DNA of 64,000 bases from Octopus sinensis. Lineage: Eukaryota. The notes under the pieces were generated by a model. That model had not been told where the DNA came from and ran no database searches. It worked only from the letters and a program-made list of their open reading frames with translations. The stretch covers positions 35,836,001 to 35,900,000 of the forward strand of contig NC_043008.1 of NCBI RefSeq assembly GCF_006345805.1, written 5' to 3'. Made by a program: the position numbers and the translations under genes. Below, one piece after another: positions 49,628-61,439 of the stretch (the first letter of the stretch is position 1; the number at the start of each line of letters is the position of its first letter).

Positions 49628-50470
49628 GTCTCTCTCTTCTTCACATCATGTGTTGGTTTCAAAAGAATATCATGATATAAGTGGGTGTTTATTTCCAATC
49701 CTCAGAGAAAACATATCTAACCACAGAAATACATCACCTTGCTTGCGAACTGAAAACAGGTAAGTTGGCTTTATCAAGGTCATCAGGTCAGTACCTCAAC
49801 AAAATCTGACATATTTGTGCATGGGAAGTAGACGTTAAAACAATGATAATGATATCCAGTCCCAGAACAAGGTATCTTTGCACTCTCAAAGTTATTCTTC
49901 ACTCTTAATCATTTCATAGCCAAATTCAAGTGACCCTTGATTTATGGTCCCAGACAACTGAGTGAAATATCCTGATAACTATCCAGACAGTTGATGGTTA
50001 TCTTTGCCCAGATAACTGCAGGCCATCTTCAAAGTATTAATTAACCTTGGTGTTACTGTAGTTATTCTACTTCCATTACATTTTATTTTATCTCGTGTCC
50101 TGATACCCTACAAGTTTTGGTTGATAGAAATGTCAAGTTGAAACGACTGTTAGCTAGAAGGCAGGCAGACACACTGACACATTAAATTTATATAATCTCA
50201 TACTCTGTTCTACAACATAGAAATAGAAAACATTTCCTGCATGTACAGTTAAATGCATATGGTGAGTTGGGGGTTTCAAAAGACTGCTTGAAAGAGGGTA
50301 CACACATGCTGTAAGTTCACACCTTCAATTATACGATTTTTATTTTAAGGACTGCATGCTCTGGCTTAAGTTCATTTGTGAGCAGTTGGGCATTTGGAAG
50401 GCCATATGCAGAGGACATAAATAACCATCAGGATGAAACAAAGGACAAACTGCATCTTGCGTTTATCAAA

Positions 50471-50507
<37 letters not shown>

Positions 50508-51169
50508 CATTTAAAGAGAAAAGGGGATATAGAGCTCACAGAGAGACTGTTGCAGAGAAAACTCAATGGGAAGAAACAAATAGACAGTAATAGAGAGAAT
50601 ATGCATATACACACACACATGTATAATGTGGCATTTCCTCCATGAATGGAAAGATCTCTGGCAGATTCCCTTTCGGTACCAACTCAGCTGAAACTGCCTC
50701 TGGCTCTATAGTACAAATATCTGGGTTTCAAAAGTTCTGAATTTAATCTTCCACCAAACCTTAGTCGTAATTTATGTTTCTAACACGAGCTGAATGATAA
50801 CTAAGTTATTTTACTAAATTCTTTGTTATATTTAAAATCAAGTGAAAGAAACACAAAGCATCTTGACAGAAATATGGCAACAAAAAGGTTCAGTGATACA
50901 AATGAATGCAAATAACAAATCAGATTTTAAAATAAATCTATCAATTTTATAAGAGACAGCTTAAAAGAGAGGGTACACACAGGTTGTATGTATATGCCTT
51001 CAGTGACATGGTTTTTATTTTGAGCAGGGAGGAGAGTGCAAGAGGGAGAAGAGAGAGAAAGAGGGAGAAGATTAAAAAAAAGAAAAGAGAGATATAAGAG
51101 GGATACACAGAAAAAAGATTAGCTACAGAGAAAAATTCTCAGACTAGAAAACAGCCAATGCTAACATAC

Positions 51170-51274
51170 CTTATCTCCTTCAGCAACTTCACAAATGACA
51201 TCTCCATTGGATGGGTTCAAAGTTTGAAATGTTTTGCCACTGGCGGAATTCACAAATTCGTTGTTTATAAAAAT
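51170..51274 (-). CDS. ALDH2: ALDH2 exon 2: [35 protein letters not shown]
   Basis: TTGAAG|ATT...AAG|GTATGT, 105 nt. Confidence 0.96.
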
Positions 51275-51516
51275 CTTCAAAATAAAAATAAATAAATTAA
51301 ATAAATAAAGAAGAATTACTGATAACCAATCTCAGTTTTCTGTACTAAAACAAAATTTTACAGATTTGTAAAAGCTCTATTTTTGATGGTTATTTCACTT
51401 AAAGATTTAATGCTTTGTGCTTTCCAGAATTCAGAAGTATTAAAAGTTTAATCCTTTTGTTTCTGTTAAAATACATTGCTCTAATTTTAAAATTAATTGC
51501 AAACAACATTAAGTAA

Positions 51517-51852
51517 AACAAGAGCACTTGGAGAGTGCAAACCTATGCCAAGGCAACACCAATGTCCTCTCAACGATTAGCCAGAGATGATTTTTAAAAT
51601 GAGAATATCTGAAATAAATTCAACTGCTCTCACACAGGAGAATACTAAAAATGAACCCAACCACTTTCAAAAATTAAGTAAAAAAAACAGGAAAATCGAT
51701 CCCAAAATCTAATCAGTTCATGCCAGTCACAAGAACAAACATCCCTGAACGTTTTATCCAAATCCATCCAGTGATTCTTGATATATCTTGTCCACAGACA
51801 AACAAACACAAGTGAAAACAATACCTCTGCCTTTGCTAAGGCGGAGGTAATA
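51517..51852 (+). mobile_element. Helentron-associated (HINE/DINE-like) element
   Basis: Starts AACAAGAGC; CAGACAAACAAAC microsatellite; terminal hairpin TACCTCTGCCTT...AAGGCGGAGGTA followed by ATAAT. Confidence 0.6.
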
Positions 51853-53851
51853 ATTGATATCTGAAGCATAAATAAATTAACATGAAATTGGAAGGTTTTA
51901 GCTAGAGTCTGTGATTAAGATTCTTATTTGCCAACCATGGGGTTTTGGGTTCCATCCCATGGTGTGGCACCTTAGGCAAGTGTATTCTATTGTAGTCACA
52001 GAGCAACCAAAGCCTTGAGTGGATTTGGTAAATGGAAGGCAAAAGATGGTCATATATGTATGTGTGTGTGTGCCCTTGACAAGACATTATGTCGTAGTTG
52101 TTAGTAAACAACATCATCATACAAGCATGGAAAACATGTGGCCATGGAAAATATTACCTTACTTGGAAACAGGTGAGGGCTGGCAACAGGAAGGTCATAT
52201 GGTTGTAGAAAATTCTTTAACCCATGCAATCATGGAGAAGTGGACAATAATTTGACCATATCTCAAAAGTTCCTTATACCAAATCTAAGGTTAAGAAAAT
52301 TTTTACCCCAAAACACAGGGTAATCAAATGCCACAATGTTTTTAAACTAATCACTATAATGGTTTGAAATTTTAGCACAGGACAATCAATTTTAAAGGTA
52401 GGGGAAATTTGATTACATTGACCTCCAGAGTTCATTTTTGAGTGTAAAACCCTAAATGAATCTGACTACTTTTTAGAGGGAGGGAGCAATATCTTGTTTC
52501 AGAACAAAGTATGGAATACTCAAAGGAGCTAACCCTTAATCTGGCAAATAAAATGACTTTACTTAGTGGGTCTGGAGAAAGGGGCTGTGCACATGGCCAT
52601 CGCATGTTCCCCAAGACCAATGTCCCAAACGCCAGCTTAATTATGACCAAGATCTTTTACTAAATCTCCCATTATTTTCAAAATTAATTGAAACAATGAC
52701 AGAAATACAGTAACAAAAGGGTTAAACGAATTAATACCTGTAGGAACAACAGGAGTACAAGGGAATAGTTCCTTAAGTATGATTTCATAATGTTTACCCT
52801 ATCTCTACATGTAATTGGAATAAAATCAGTCACAGACATACTTCATAAATCTTTGGTCCATAAGCATGCAATCTTCTCTATCTTCTGCTATTGTAATGCC
52901 CTCTGCTCATCCAAAACTGACGATTTCATTCCAGCTTTGCCCAGGCACTCTTAGCTCAATCTGATGTTCTGCTCAGCTCCACTCAGGGCACCTCTACCGA
53001 AACCACTACACCACCTTTCCTTCCAGGAAGGTTAGTCCTATGCTATTCTCTTCTGCAGGTATCATTCCAAACCAGAGACCTGGTCTGGATAAACTTGCTA
53101 AATTTTCACAAGTACTTCTGTTCTGATACTCCACCTCATCCTAATGTGTTCATTTTCTCACATCATATTAAGTTTTAGAAACGCTTTGGGGTACAGGCAC
53201 TTTTGTTGACACTAAATGTGTTTATAATGAGGCATTAACTGTAACCTCGTACGTAAACTGATTTCAGATTAGGGGGTGGGGCACAATGAGAAATTTTTAC
53301 TGCATTTTTGACTTTTGAGAAATATTTTAACAAATGTTCACTACCTTACAAAAATTATATCAGCTAAGTAAATGACTTTCTCTAAATGCATTAAGTATAC
53401 TATTACATATCCAGAACACTATTTCAGAAAATTATCACCGTTCTCTGAGCAAACAAAAGACAAATTTAGCTGGAGCAAAATGAGTAAGACAAGATAAGGT
53501 AAACTTGCCTCTTCAATTCTCCAGAATTACATTTGAAAAAAGGTTCATACACATCTAGACATCATGAATTCAAAATGTCATGGACAGACGAAAGCAGGTC
53601 ATGGAAAAATGAGATATGATATGAAATTAAGAAAATGCAACATGAAAATATTCTCTATAGCTTTTTCAGAATCCACTGGAGTGTCACAATCCACTGGAGT
53701 GTCACATTTTACGCAGCTTGAAGTTAAATAGTCATCACTCATTTTACCCAATTAGTGTAGGGAAAAACTGAGTTGGAATCCAGCAGAGAAAAGAATGTCC
53801 CAAACGCCAGCTTAATTATGACCAAGATCTTTTAGGATCGTTGAGGAAAAA

Positions 53852-56275
53852 TTCCTGCAAATTTATAGTTTCACACCAGACTCGATTTCGGGACTAAATC
53901 CCCCCCACCTTCACGATTTTTTTGGGTGCAATCGTCTAAGTTGACTTCATAAGCTGCCGGAAATGCATTCTTTCTGCGGAAAATGGAGGGGATGGGGGCG
54001 AAACCTCGGAAATTGCTCTTTCCGACCCCGTCTCCTACGGGGTTTTTTTGGGAGGAGGGGGTTTGCAATCGTCTTAATTGACCTCATAATATGTGAGAAA
54101 TGTATTTTGTCAGTGGAAAATGGAGGGGTAGGGGTGGGGCGGAACCTAGGGTAGTCCTGTATATCTTCTGTCTCCGGATTTGTGCTAGAATCGATCCTTC
54201 ACTGGCGATCTTGAAGGGTGTATATAATTTTGCTGTCTCAAAAAAAAAAAAATTGGTGCAGCAATTTTTATTTTGTTTTCTGTAGCAGAGATAAATAAAT
54301 ACCTGGCCAGGTACTGGTGTAGATAGTTTGAACGAATACTCGGCCTTTTCACTCATTCTTTTAAATCTCATCAAAAACGTTTGATGTTTTTGTGTGTGTG
54401 TGTGTGTGGTGTGTGTGTGTGTGTGCACACGCGTGGTCCCAACAAAATTTTCTTTATAGTTTATCACGTAATGCTGATAACCCAATTTTTGTATATCTTT
54501 GTAAGCCGCTTAATAATCACTATAGATAACTGAGCCAGGCTTGATGTATTTTGAATTAGCGGAAGCAACGTCTCTTTGTCATGCTTCCGACCGGTCAGAG
54601 GAACAACAAAGCGACTTTTGCTAATCCGCTCAATTCCAGCGAACCAGATGTAAACATTTTAATTAGAATATATAATCTTTAAATGGAATTAAATGATTAT
54701 ATATGAGGTCAATTAAGACGATTGCAAAAACAAAGAAAAAAAACAACAAAAAAAACGCGGGAGATGGGTGTCGGGGAGGGGAATTTCCGAGGTTCCGCCC
54801 TACCCCACGCCCTCTGTTTTCCGCGGAAAGAATGCATTTCCGACAGCTTACGAGATCAACTAAGACCACTGAAAAAAAAAAGAAAATTAAAAAATACCGC
54901 CCGAAAAAGTTTATTTTGTACCGAAATCGAGTCTGGCGTGAAACTATAAATTTACCAAAATTCCTTGAGGCATAAAAAAAATAATAATAAAGTATCTGTC
55001 ACTCGACTGTTCCAAACTCGGCGCTTCTTTAGAAGCACACCTCTCCAAGAAAATGACACTAAATTTTTTTTTTTTTTATGAAAACGGAAAAAATATATGC
55101 AAAATAAATGAAGCATGCAAAAAAATTAAGATTATCTATTTTAAAATATTTTATACTAAAGAATAAAACACGGAAAACGGGAACTCGCGAATATAAACAA
55201 ATGTGTCAGACGATGGATCAGATATTATTAATGATACGAGGGGCCTCCCAATAACGTTTGCAAATTCTTGATAATTTTAAATCAGATTTTTTACTGCGCA
55301 CACTGGTTACTGTTAGGGTTAGTGTTAGGTGGTGTGAACTCGCTTTACCTTCGTCCATTTTATGACGTGATATTTCTCGTTCAGGCACAACTGACTTTCA
55401 AGATTGTGAAACGGTCTTCTTACAATTCGCAGACGATACTGTCAGGCCCCTTGTATCGTTAACAATAAGTTATCATCCGACATGTTTGTTTATATTCGCC
55501 AGTGCCCGTTTTCCGTATATTTTTTTTAAGAATAAAATATTTAAAAATTGATAAATCTTCCTAATTTTTTGCATGCTTCATTTATTTTTAATATATTTCC
55601 CATTTTCATAATTTTTTAGAAATTAGGCATAATTTTGTTATAGAGGTGCACTTCTAAAGAAGTGTCCCAAACTCAACTTTAACAATTATGCTGATCAATT
55701 TTTATTCCTAAAAATAATGCAACAAGATGAAGGAGCAACGCTTGAATGATTTCAAACAGGTTGGGAGAAAACAAGAGAAATCAGAAATTACTCACTTTAC
55801 CCCGGTTACCACTGAACTTTTTGTTTAGGAGGCGGGGGGAGGCAAGTTTCAACATTGATCTACTTTTGGTGGTAAAGTAACAGAATTTGATGCACCGAAA
55901 TAAACAAGGCTGTTTAGAATTTTCCTTGTTTTCGTTTTACGTAAAATAAAACAAATCCAATAGAAAAAAATAGATGACATTCGTTTTTGTTATTATTTAA
56001 TACTTTTGTCCTTTAAATACTGTAACAAAGTCACTCATGACTAAAAACTATAATCCAACATAAGCTAGAAATAGCAACCAAATCTCAAGCTACATGCATT
56101 CTTTCCGCGGAAAACAGAGGGGTGGGGTAGAGCGGAACATCGGAAATTCCCCTTCTTGACCCCCGTCTCCCGTGTTTTTTTTTTTTTGTTGTTGCAATCG
56201 TCTTAATTGACCTCATATATATAATAGCAGTTAATTCCATTTAAAGATTGTATATTCTAATTAAAATATTTACGT
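53852..56275. mobile_element. Cluster of nested long-TIR MITEs in ALDH2 intron 1
   Basis: Inverted arms about 53852-54090 / 54700-54957, 54650-54845 / 56090-56275, and 55020-55215 / 55468-55665. Confidence 0.8.
55237..55453. mobile_element. Mariner-type MITE with TA TSD
   Basis: TA|CGAGGGGCCT...AGGCCCCTTG|TA. Confidence 0.75.
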
Positions 56276-56737
56276 CTTTAAACGTACGACAGAGTAGAAC
56301 GATGGACATCGACATATGTAAGGTAACTTTTGATATTTTTTGGTCTTCGTGAAAATCGTAAGGATGAAAGTACCAAAATTTTATCAGATTTATAATTTAG
56401 GTGTCAGACTGAAAACAACTAACACGGAAAGATTGCTACGAAAACATAATTTTAAGAAAGTGGGAGGAGTGAATGAAATGTTATTACAATCTTTAGTCGT
56501 GTATAATGCAAGAATTTTTTGCTTTTAATGTCTGTTTTATAATTTTATTTTCGTTTTAATCCAACACCAAAGTAGGATTCAACCTTAATATATGTTAGTC
56601 TTAATATAAATTATACTATATCTGAAAACATACCAACACAATGCTGGAGGGAAGCTTGTTTCCGTTAACATAGGTGGGGAGTGTCTTCCGTTAAAAAAGT
56701 TTCACGATAGTGTCTGGGGAGAGACATTCTGTTTTAA

Positions 56738-56880
56738 TGACTTATTAATTAACACTCACCGGTTCCATTTCCACTAATTTTTTCCCCTAAAATTTTCGTT
56801 GCTTCTTGCAACCTTTGAAGCAACGAAACAAATAAGTAAAGGAGCAGAAATGGAACCGGTGAGTGTTAATTAATAAGGCA
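56738..56880. mobile_element. TTAA-flanked hairpin MITE
   Basis: 31-bp perfect inverted repeat 56741-56771 / 56847-56877; inner TTCGTTGCTTC / GAAGCAACGAA; TTAA at 56734 and 56881. Confidence 0.8.
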
Positions 56881-57183
56881 TTAACACAGAATAACTCCAA
56901 CAAGCTTCAGTATGCTTCAACAAACGAATTCACAAAAAGAATCTTGCAAATCAAATACAAAAACGAAAAACACACAAACACAACTCAGAGATATACCGTA
57001 TTTTAACGTGTACAAGGAACCCCCTAATTTGGGGGGCTTAAAATTTGGGGGAAAAAAAGGTTTTGTAAGGGATTATAATACCATTCATGTATAAGAAACT
57101 CCCATATTTTAAAACTAATTTTTGACAAACAAAAAAAGAGTTCTTTACACACGTTAAAATAGAGTATAAGCCATAAGCTTTAC

Positions 57184-57309
57184 CTTAGACTGAGCGATGT
57201 CAGGGTTCGTTATAGGAGCTGGTATCCCCGCGTAACCAGCTTTGGATGATAGCATATACCATCGTAAAGGACTACGCGAAATGCTGCGCCAGGCTGATGT
57301 TGAAAGCAT
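57184..57309 (-). CDS. ALDH2: ALDH2 coding exon 1: MLSTSAWRSISRSPLRWYMLSSKAGYAGIPAPITNPDIAQSK (mitochondrial targeting peptide)
   Basis: ATG in GCCATCATG context; Arg/Ser-rich N-terminus with no acidic residue until D37; ends AAG|GTAAAA in phase 0, the same position as vertebrate ALDH2 intron 1. Confidence 0.9.
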
Positions 57310-57681
57310 GATGGCGTTATTGAGACTTCGAAGCAGAAGGAAAAGATTTTATTCTGAACATGTATATATATATATATGTTGTGTGTGTTTTTAAGTGGTT
57401 GGCAGACAAAAAATATGTGGAAAGAGGAAGGAGGAGGAGGCAATTAAAGAGAAGGGAAAGTGGAAGGAAAGATAAAGAGAATCTGGCATTGAAAGAGTAA
57501 CGGTTGAAATAGAAGGAGGAGATAGAGAGAAAGAGAGAGAGGAAGGGATGGAGAAGATAAGGACCAATGAGATGGTAGGGGAAGTATTAGTGGGAGGAGT
57601 TACACACGGCTTGTTTATCAAAAGCGTTTCGCCCGTGGCTATTAAATATAATAATGAAATTATTGTATACAGTGCTCAGGT

Positions 57682-59466
57682 AATTTTATTACTACCCACA
57701 AGGGGCGAACATAGATGGGACAGTACAGTCGGGGAACTTAAAATAAGAAAGCGAATGACAAGAAAAGGAAAAAATAAAAGTAAAAAATGACATATGAAAG
57801 AATATTTACAATGAGATGTAAATGCCCACTCGATCCCCGGAATCGAGAGGTTACATTTTCGTCACATATATTTCACAAAATTTTCTTTTTTTTTTTCTTC
57901 TTTCTTCTCTCTCTTCTCACAATTCTATACGTATTCCATAATAGCTTTCAATTCTCTAAAGTCAATCACTGAGCCCTCAGGCAGCCGCTCTCTCACTCGA
58001 ACACTCGTGTAAAATATTACACTCTCTCCGGCAGCTCTGAGGAACTCAGCGACTCTTTCTTCGGGGATTAGAGCAGTCTCCTGCCACTGATCGGTCATCC
58101 TGTTGACCCATATATGTCCCTCCGTATTACATGTCAAGTCTTTCATTTCGGGGCAGAAATGGAAGGTTATTAACTTGTAGAAGCAGTAATCTTGTTTCCG
58201 TCCTACGTTTTCCTTCGTTTTTCTTTTCGGGCTTATTTCTTCCTTGTTCTCCTCTCTTTGTTTCTCTCTTTCTCTCTTTTTGCTTTCTTTTCTTTCTTCT
58301 TCCTTCTCTTGTCTTTTTGGTTCTTTGTCTGTTCTCTCTTTCTCTCGTGTTTTATGTTCCTTTTCTTTTTCTTTTTGTGTGCCGTCTTTTCTTTTCGTTT
58401 GATTCTGATCTTTCTCTTGTTTTTTTCCTGTTGGTTCTTTTTCCTTTTTTTTTTCCTGACTCTGTTTTGGTTCTATTCTTTCTTTTCTTTTATTTCTTTT
58501 TCCTTCATTGACTTATTATTTCCTTTCTCTTGTTGTTTTGTTTCCTTTTCTATGTTTTCTTTTTCATTTACCGTATTCTTCTTTTCTTCAAGTTCCTGCT
58601 CGCACTCCGCTACGAATTCGTATAACGGGCACTCTTTTTTAATGTGCCCCCTTGTCCCGCACAGGTAACAGTTTGGTTTTCTTCCCTCTACAATTACACT
58701 GAGGGTTTTCTCATCTTCAATTTCTATTCTGTAGGGGAACCTTTCAATGTCCTCTTTTGTGGCCATCAAACACAGTTCTACCCCTATCCTCTCCAGTTTA
58801 CTGCGTTGGACTCCTTAAAGGATTCCACCTCCACTTCCTCTTCTGCTGCTCCTAGAATAGCTGTTGCCAGCCATTCTGTTTTCATTTCTGGGGGTATATT
58901 CGGGATTTTAACCCGGACCCCCTCTTCTTCCCTTGTATGAGGGCCACATTATAAATTTTTCGGCTCTTAGTACAGTGGTAGCCAGTGAGGCTGCAATTTC
59001 TTCCGTTGCACATCTCACCTCCACCGTACCAAATTTCTTGCCTCTACTCACGTAGGTTGATTTCCCCATTATGTCTCCCAGACATTTTTCGATTTCGGCT
59101 ATCTCCACTCTTGCCAGCTTCTTCGTATTTTTGTCTTGGGTTCTATATGTCACTGTCTTGTTTTCTTTGTCCTCTTTTGCTTTCGCGGGGGGGATTAGCT
59201 TCACGCTATCACCCTCCCTTTTGAATAGCTTTTCATATTCTTTGAGTTTACTCTTCTCAAAGAAAACATCCTTCACGATCATCGACGAATCACCATTTTT
59301 CTTTCCCGTGACCCCTGTGTAAGTCGCCATGACTAGAGGGTCAATTCACCTTCTTCGGAACGTTTCCACACGTGGAGGCAAACGCCTCGCGCGATATTAA
59401 TCACTTTACACAGAACAAAATTTCACTGTCTAGTCACAGATAACAACACGTATAACTTGGAGCCAG
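57682..59466 (-). mobile_element. ORF1-only (half-LINE) non-autonomous retroposon, Tx1/L1-like gag with CCHC knuckle, 10-bp TSD
   Basis: GTGCTCAGGT at 57672-57681 and 59467-59476. ORF1 from ATG 59330 with two compensating frameshifts and CYLCGTRGHIKKEC; no endonuclease or RT coding sequence; ends AATAAAATT. Confidence 0.75.
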
Positions 59467-61439
59467 GTGCTCAGGTGCACCACAACTTGTGATTTATCTA
59501 TAAATCAGACACTGAAAATAGACACAGTGGAAATTTGTAGCTTGATCGACTCGACCTGACGCCTAAAGCTTTTCAGCCGTGACACAGGTCTTTTTAGGAA
59601 TATTTAGCACCTAATTTTTTTGCTTGTTTTACTGAAAATAGCAGACTACCCAAGTGAGCACCACTTTGGATTTTGTTTCCTCATAACTTTCAAAAAAGGA
59701 TTTTTAATGAAATTTTCAACAAATGCTTATGAGATATAGGTTCCGATTCTATCAGAATATAATATGTTGGGGAAAAGGAACAAAATTAGTGGGCGCGTAC
59801 ACATACACACTGACACATTTCACAGATGATCCAAAATTTCGAATACAAAAGGTAATATTTACAATGGAAAGATCTTGGAGAAAATTAAGCAAAGCCCTGA
59901 CCATGTTTACAAATTTTTCTGGGCAACCTATTTTCCTTAAAATCAGCCTCAGAGCTAATTAACCGTAATGAATGCTTTGCTCAAATCAACAAAGCAATGA
60001 TATAGAGCAAGATTCTATTCAATGCACTTTTCTTGTAAATTGTCTGACAGTAAAGATACAATCAGCTGTGCCCCTGGGAGAACGAAAACCATATTGTTAT
60101 TTAAAGGAACGTGCTAATTATATACTAATTTTAAATGAAGAGGTATAATACAGGTTTTAAAAGTTAGTGTTGATCCGTACATATTACAGTTTCTTACGGG
60201 TACTTAATTAGAAGGGTTGCTTGTATAAAGGCCAATATAAATACTAAGATCAGGAGGATGGAACCCTTTAAGAAAGGAATAAAAAAATTAATTACTAAAA
60301 CCTATTTTAAACAATATAGCCATATTGTATTAACTTAAAATTTCAGGTTATCAAGAAGATTTAGCATTGAGGTGAAAGAACAAATTAAATATAAATTAAT
60401 TAAATTATAATTTAAGCAGTTTAATTTTAAGTTGTGAAGATACCCCTATTGTTTTATATAAGCTAAGTATGAATTTATAGGGGTACAAAAATTTAGGTTT
60501 ATCTAAAGGCAATTATAAAGTATTCAAATGATCAGGTAGGGTAAAACACCATAGAAAAGGCTATAAAATAGCTTAATCACTAAAGATCATGATGAAGTAT
60601 ATATACAACTTAGTAACATCAATAGAGAAGATTTATAGAAAATGTATAATAGTTTGGTATATGCTCAAAAGTATTCCTTTTGTTATAATTCTTCTTCTGA
60701 ATAACCCTAAACTTTAAATTTATACAATATAGCAGTATTGCTTAAAATATTTAACTATAATACTACATGGTAAGATTTCCCCTGTTTCATTATCAATGGT
60801 CTGCTAATGACCAGCCCCCTTAATTGTCAGCTAACATCTTGATTTAATCAGAAATATTAAATTTCTAAATGTTTCAAAGTGACATGAGCGGTGGTGGAGT
60901 GATAGAGTGGTTGTATACTGTCAACTTAACGTGACAGTCCCGTATGGGAATTACACCACCGCTAATTTAAGTTTTCCTTTACCAAATCTCATGATATTGC
61001 TTCAAATAAATCTTGATTTTTATGACTATACCCATTATGATTTCAGTCGACTCCCTCAGTCCTACCCCGAACTGACACTGCCTCCTGTTCTCTTGGCCTT
61101 AGATATATAAGGATTTGATAAAACTAGTCTAAATTAAAACTGACCCCCATGAAACAGTGACAAGCAAAATCTGTAACAAGTCTTTCTTCCTGATACCTTA
61201 GTAGCTTCTAAGCTAAAGTGAAGGCAGCATGTTCTTTGTCTATCTCCTTAATTTCTTGGAGATTTTAGATAAAATTATACTGTGTCCAACTGTTTTAATT
61301 TAATTAAATTCTATGTCTTTGTGCAGTTGAAGATTGCTCTGCATTTAAATTGATGTAATGGTTGCATTGTTCAATTAAATGGAGTTGCGTGAAACGATTG
61401 TACTGCATTACCTCTGGATATCCTTGTTGCTTATTTTGA

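Larger units (their letters stand above)
22743..57309 (-). other. ALDH2: ALDH2-type mitochondrial aldehyde dehydrogenase gene, whole coding span, 14 coding exons, 521 aa
   Basis: Exons assembled by hand give an open 1566-nt CDS (126+105+141+80+50+62+129+114+103+185+165+158+115+33) with GT-AG boundaries and compatible phases. Motifs present: PWNFP, FTGSTE(I)[10 protein letters not shown] (catalytic Glu), [12 protein letters not shown] (catalytic Cys), [21 protein letters not shown]. Confidence 0.96.

Noticed and set aside
22743-57309. ALDH gene as cephalopod omega-crystallin or cytosolic ALDH1
   Set aside because: It has a mitochondrial-type presequence, intact catalytic Cys and Glu, and an ALDH2-like C-terminus
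60050-60800. Very AT-rich stretch as a mitochondrial insertion (NUMT)
   Set aside because: No recognisable mitochondrial rRNA, tRNA or protein motif by eye; a BLAST against the mitogenome would settle it
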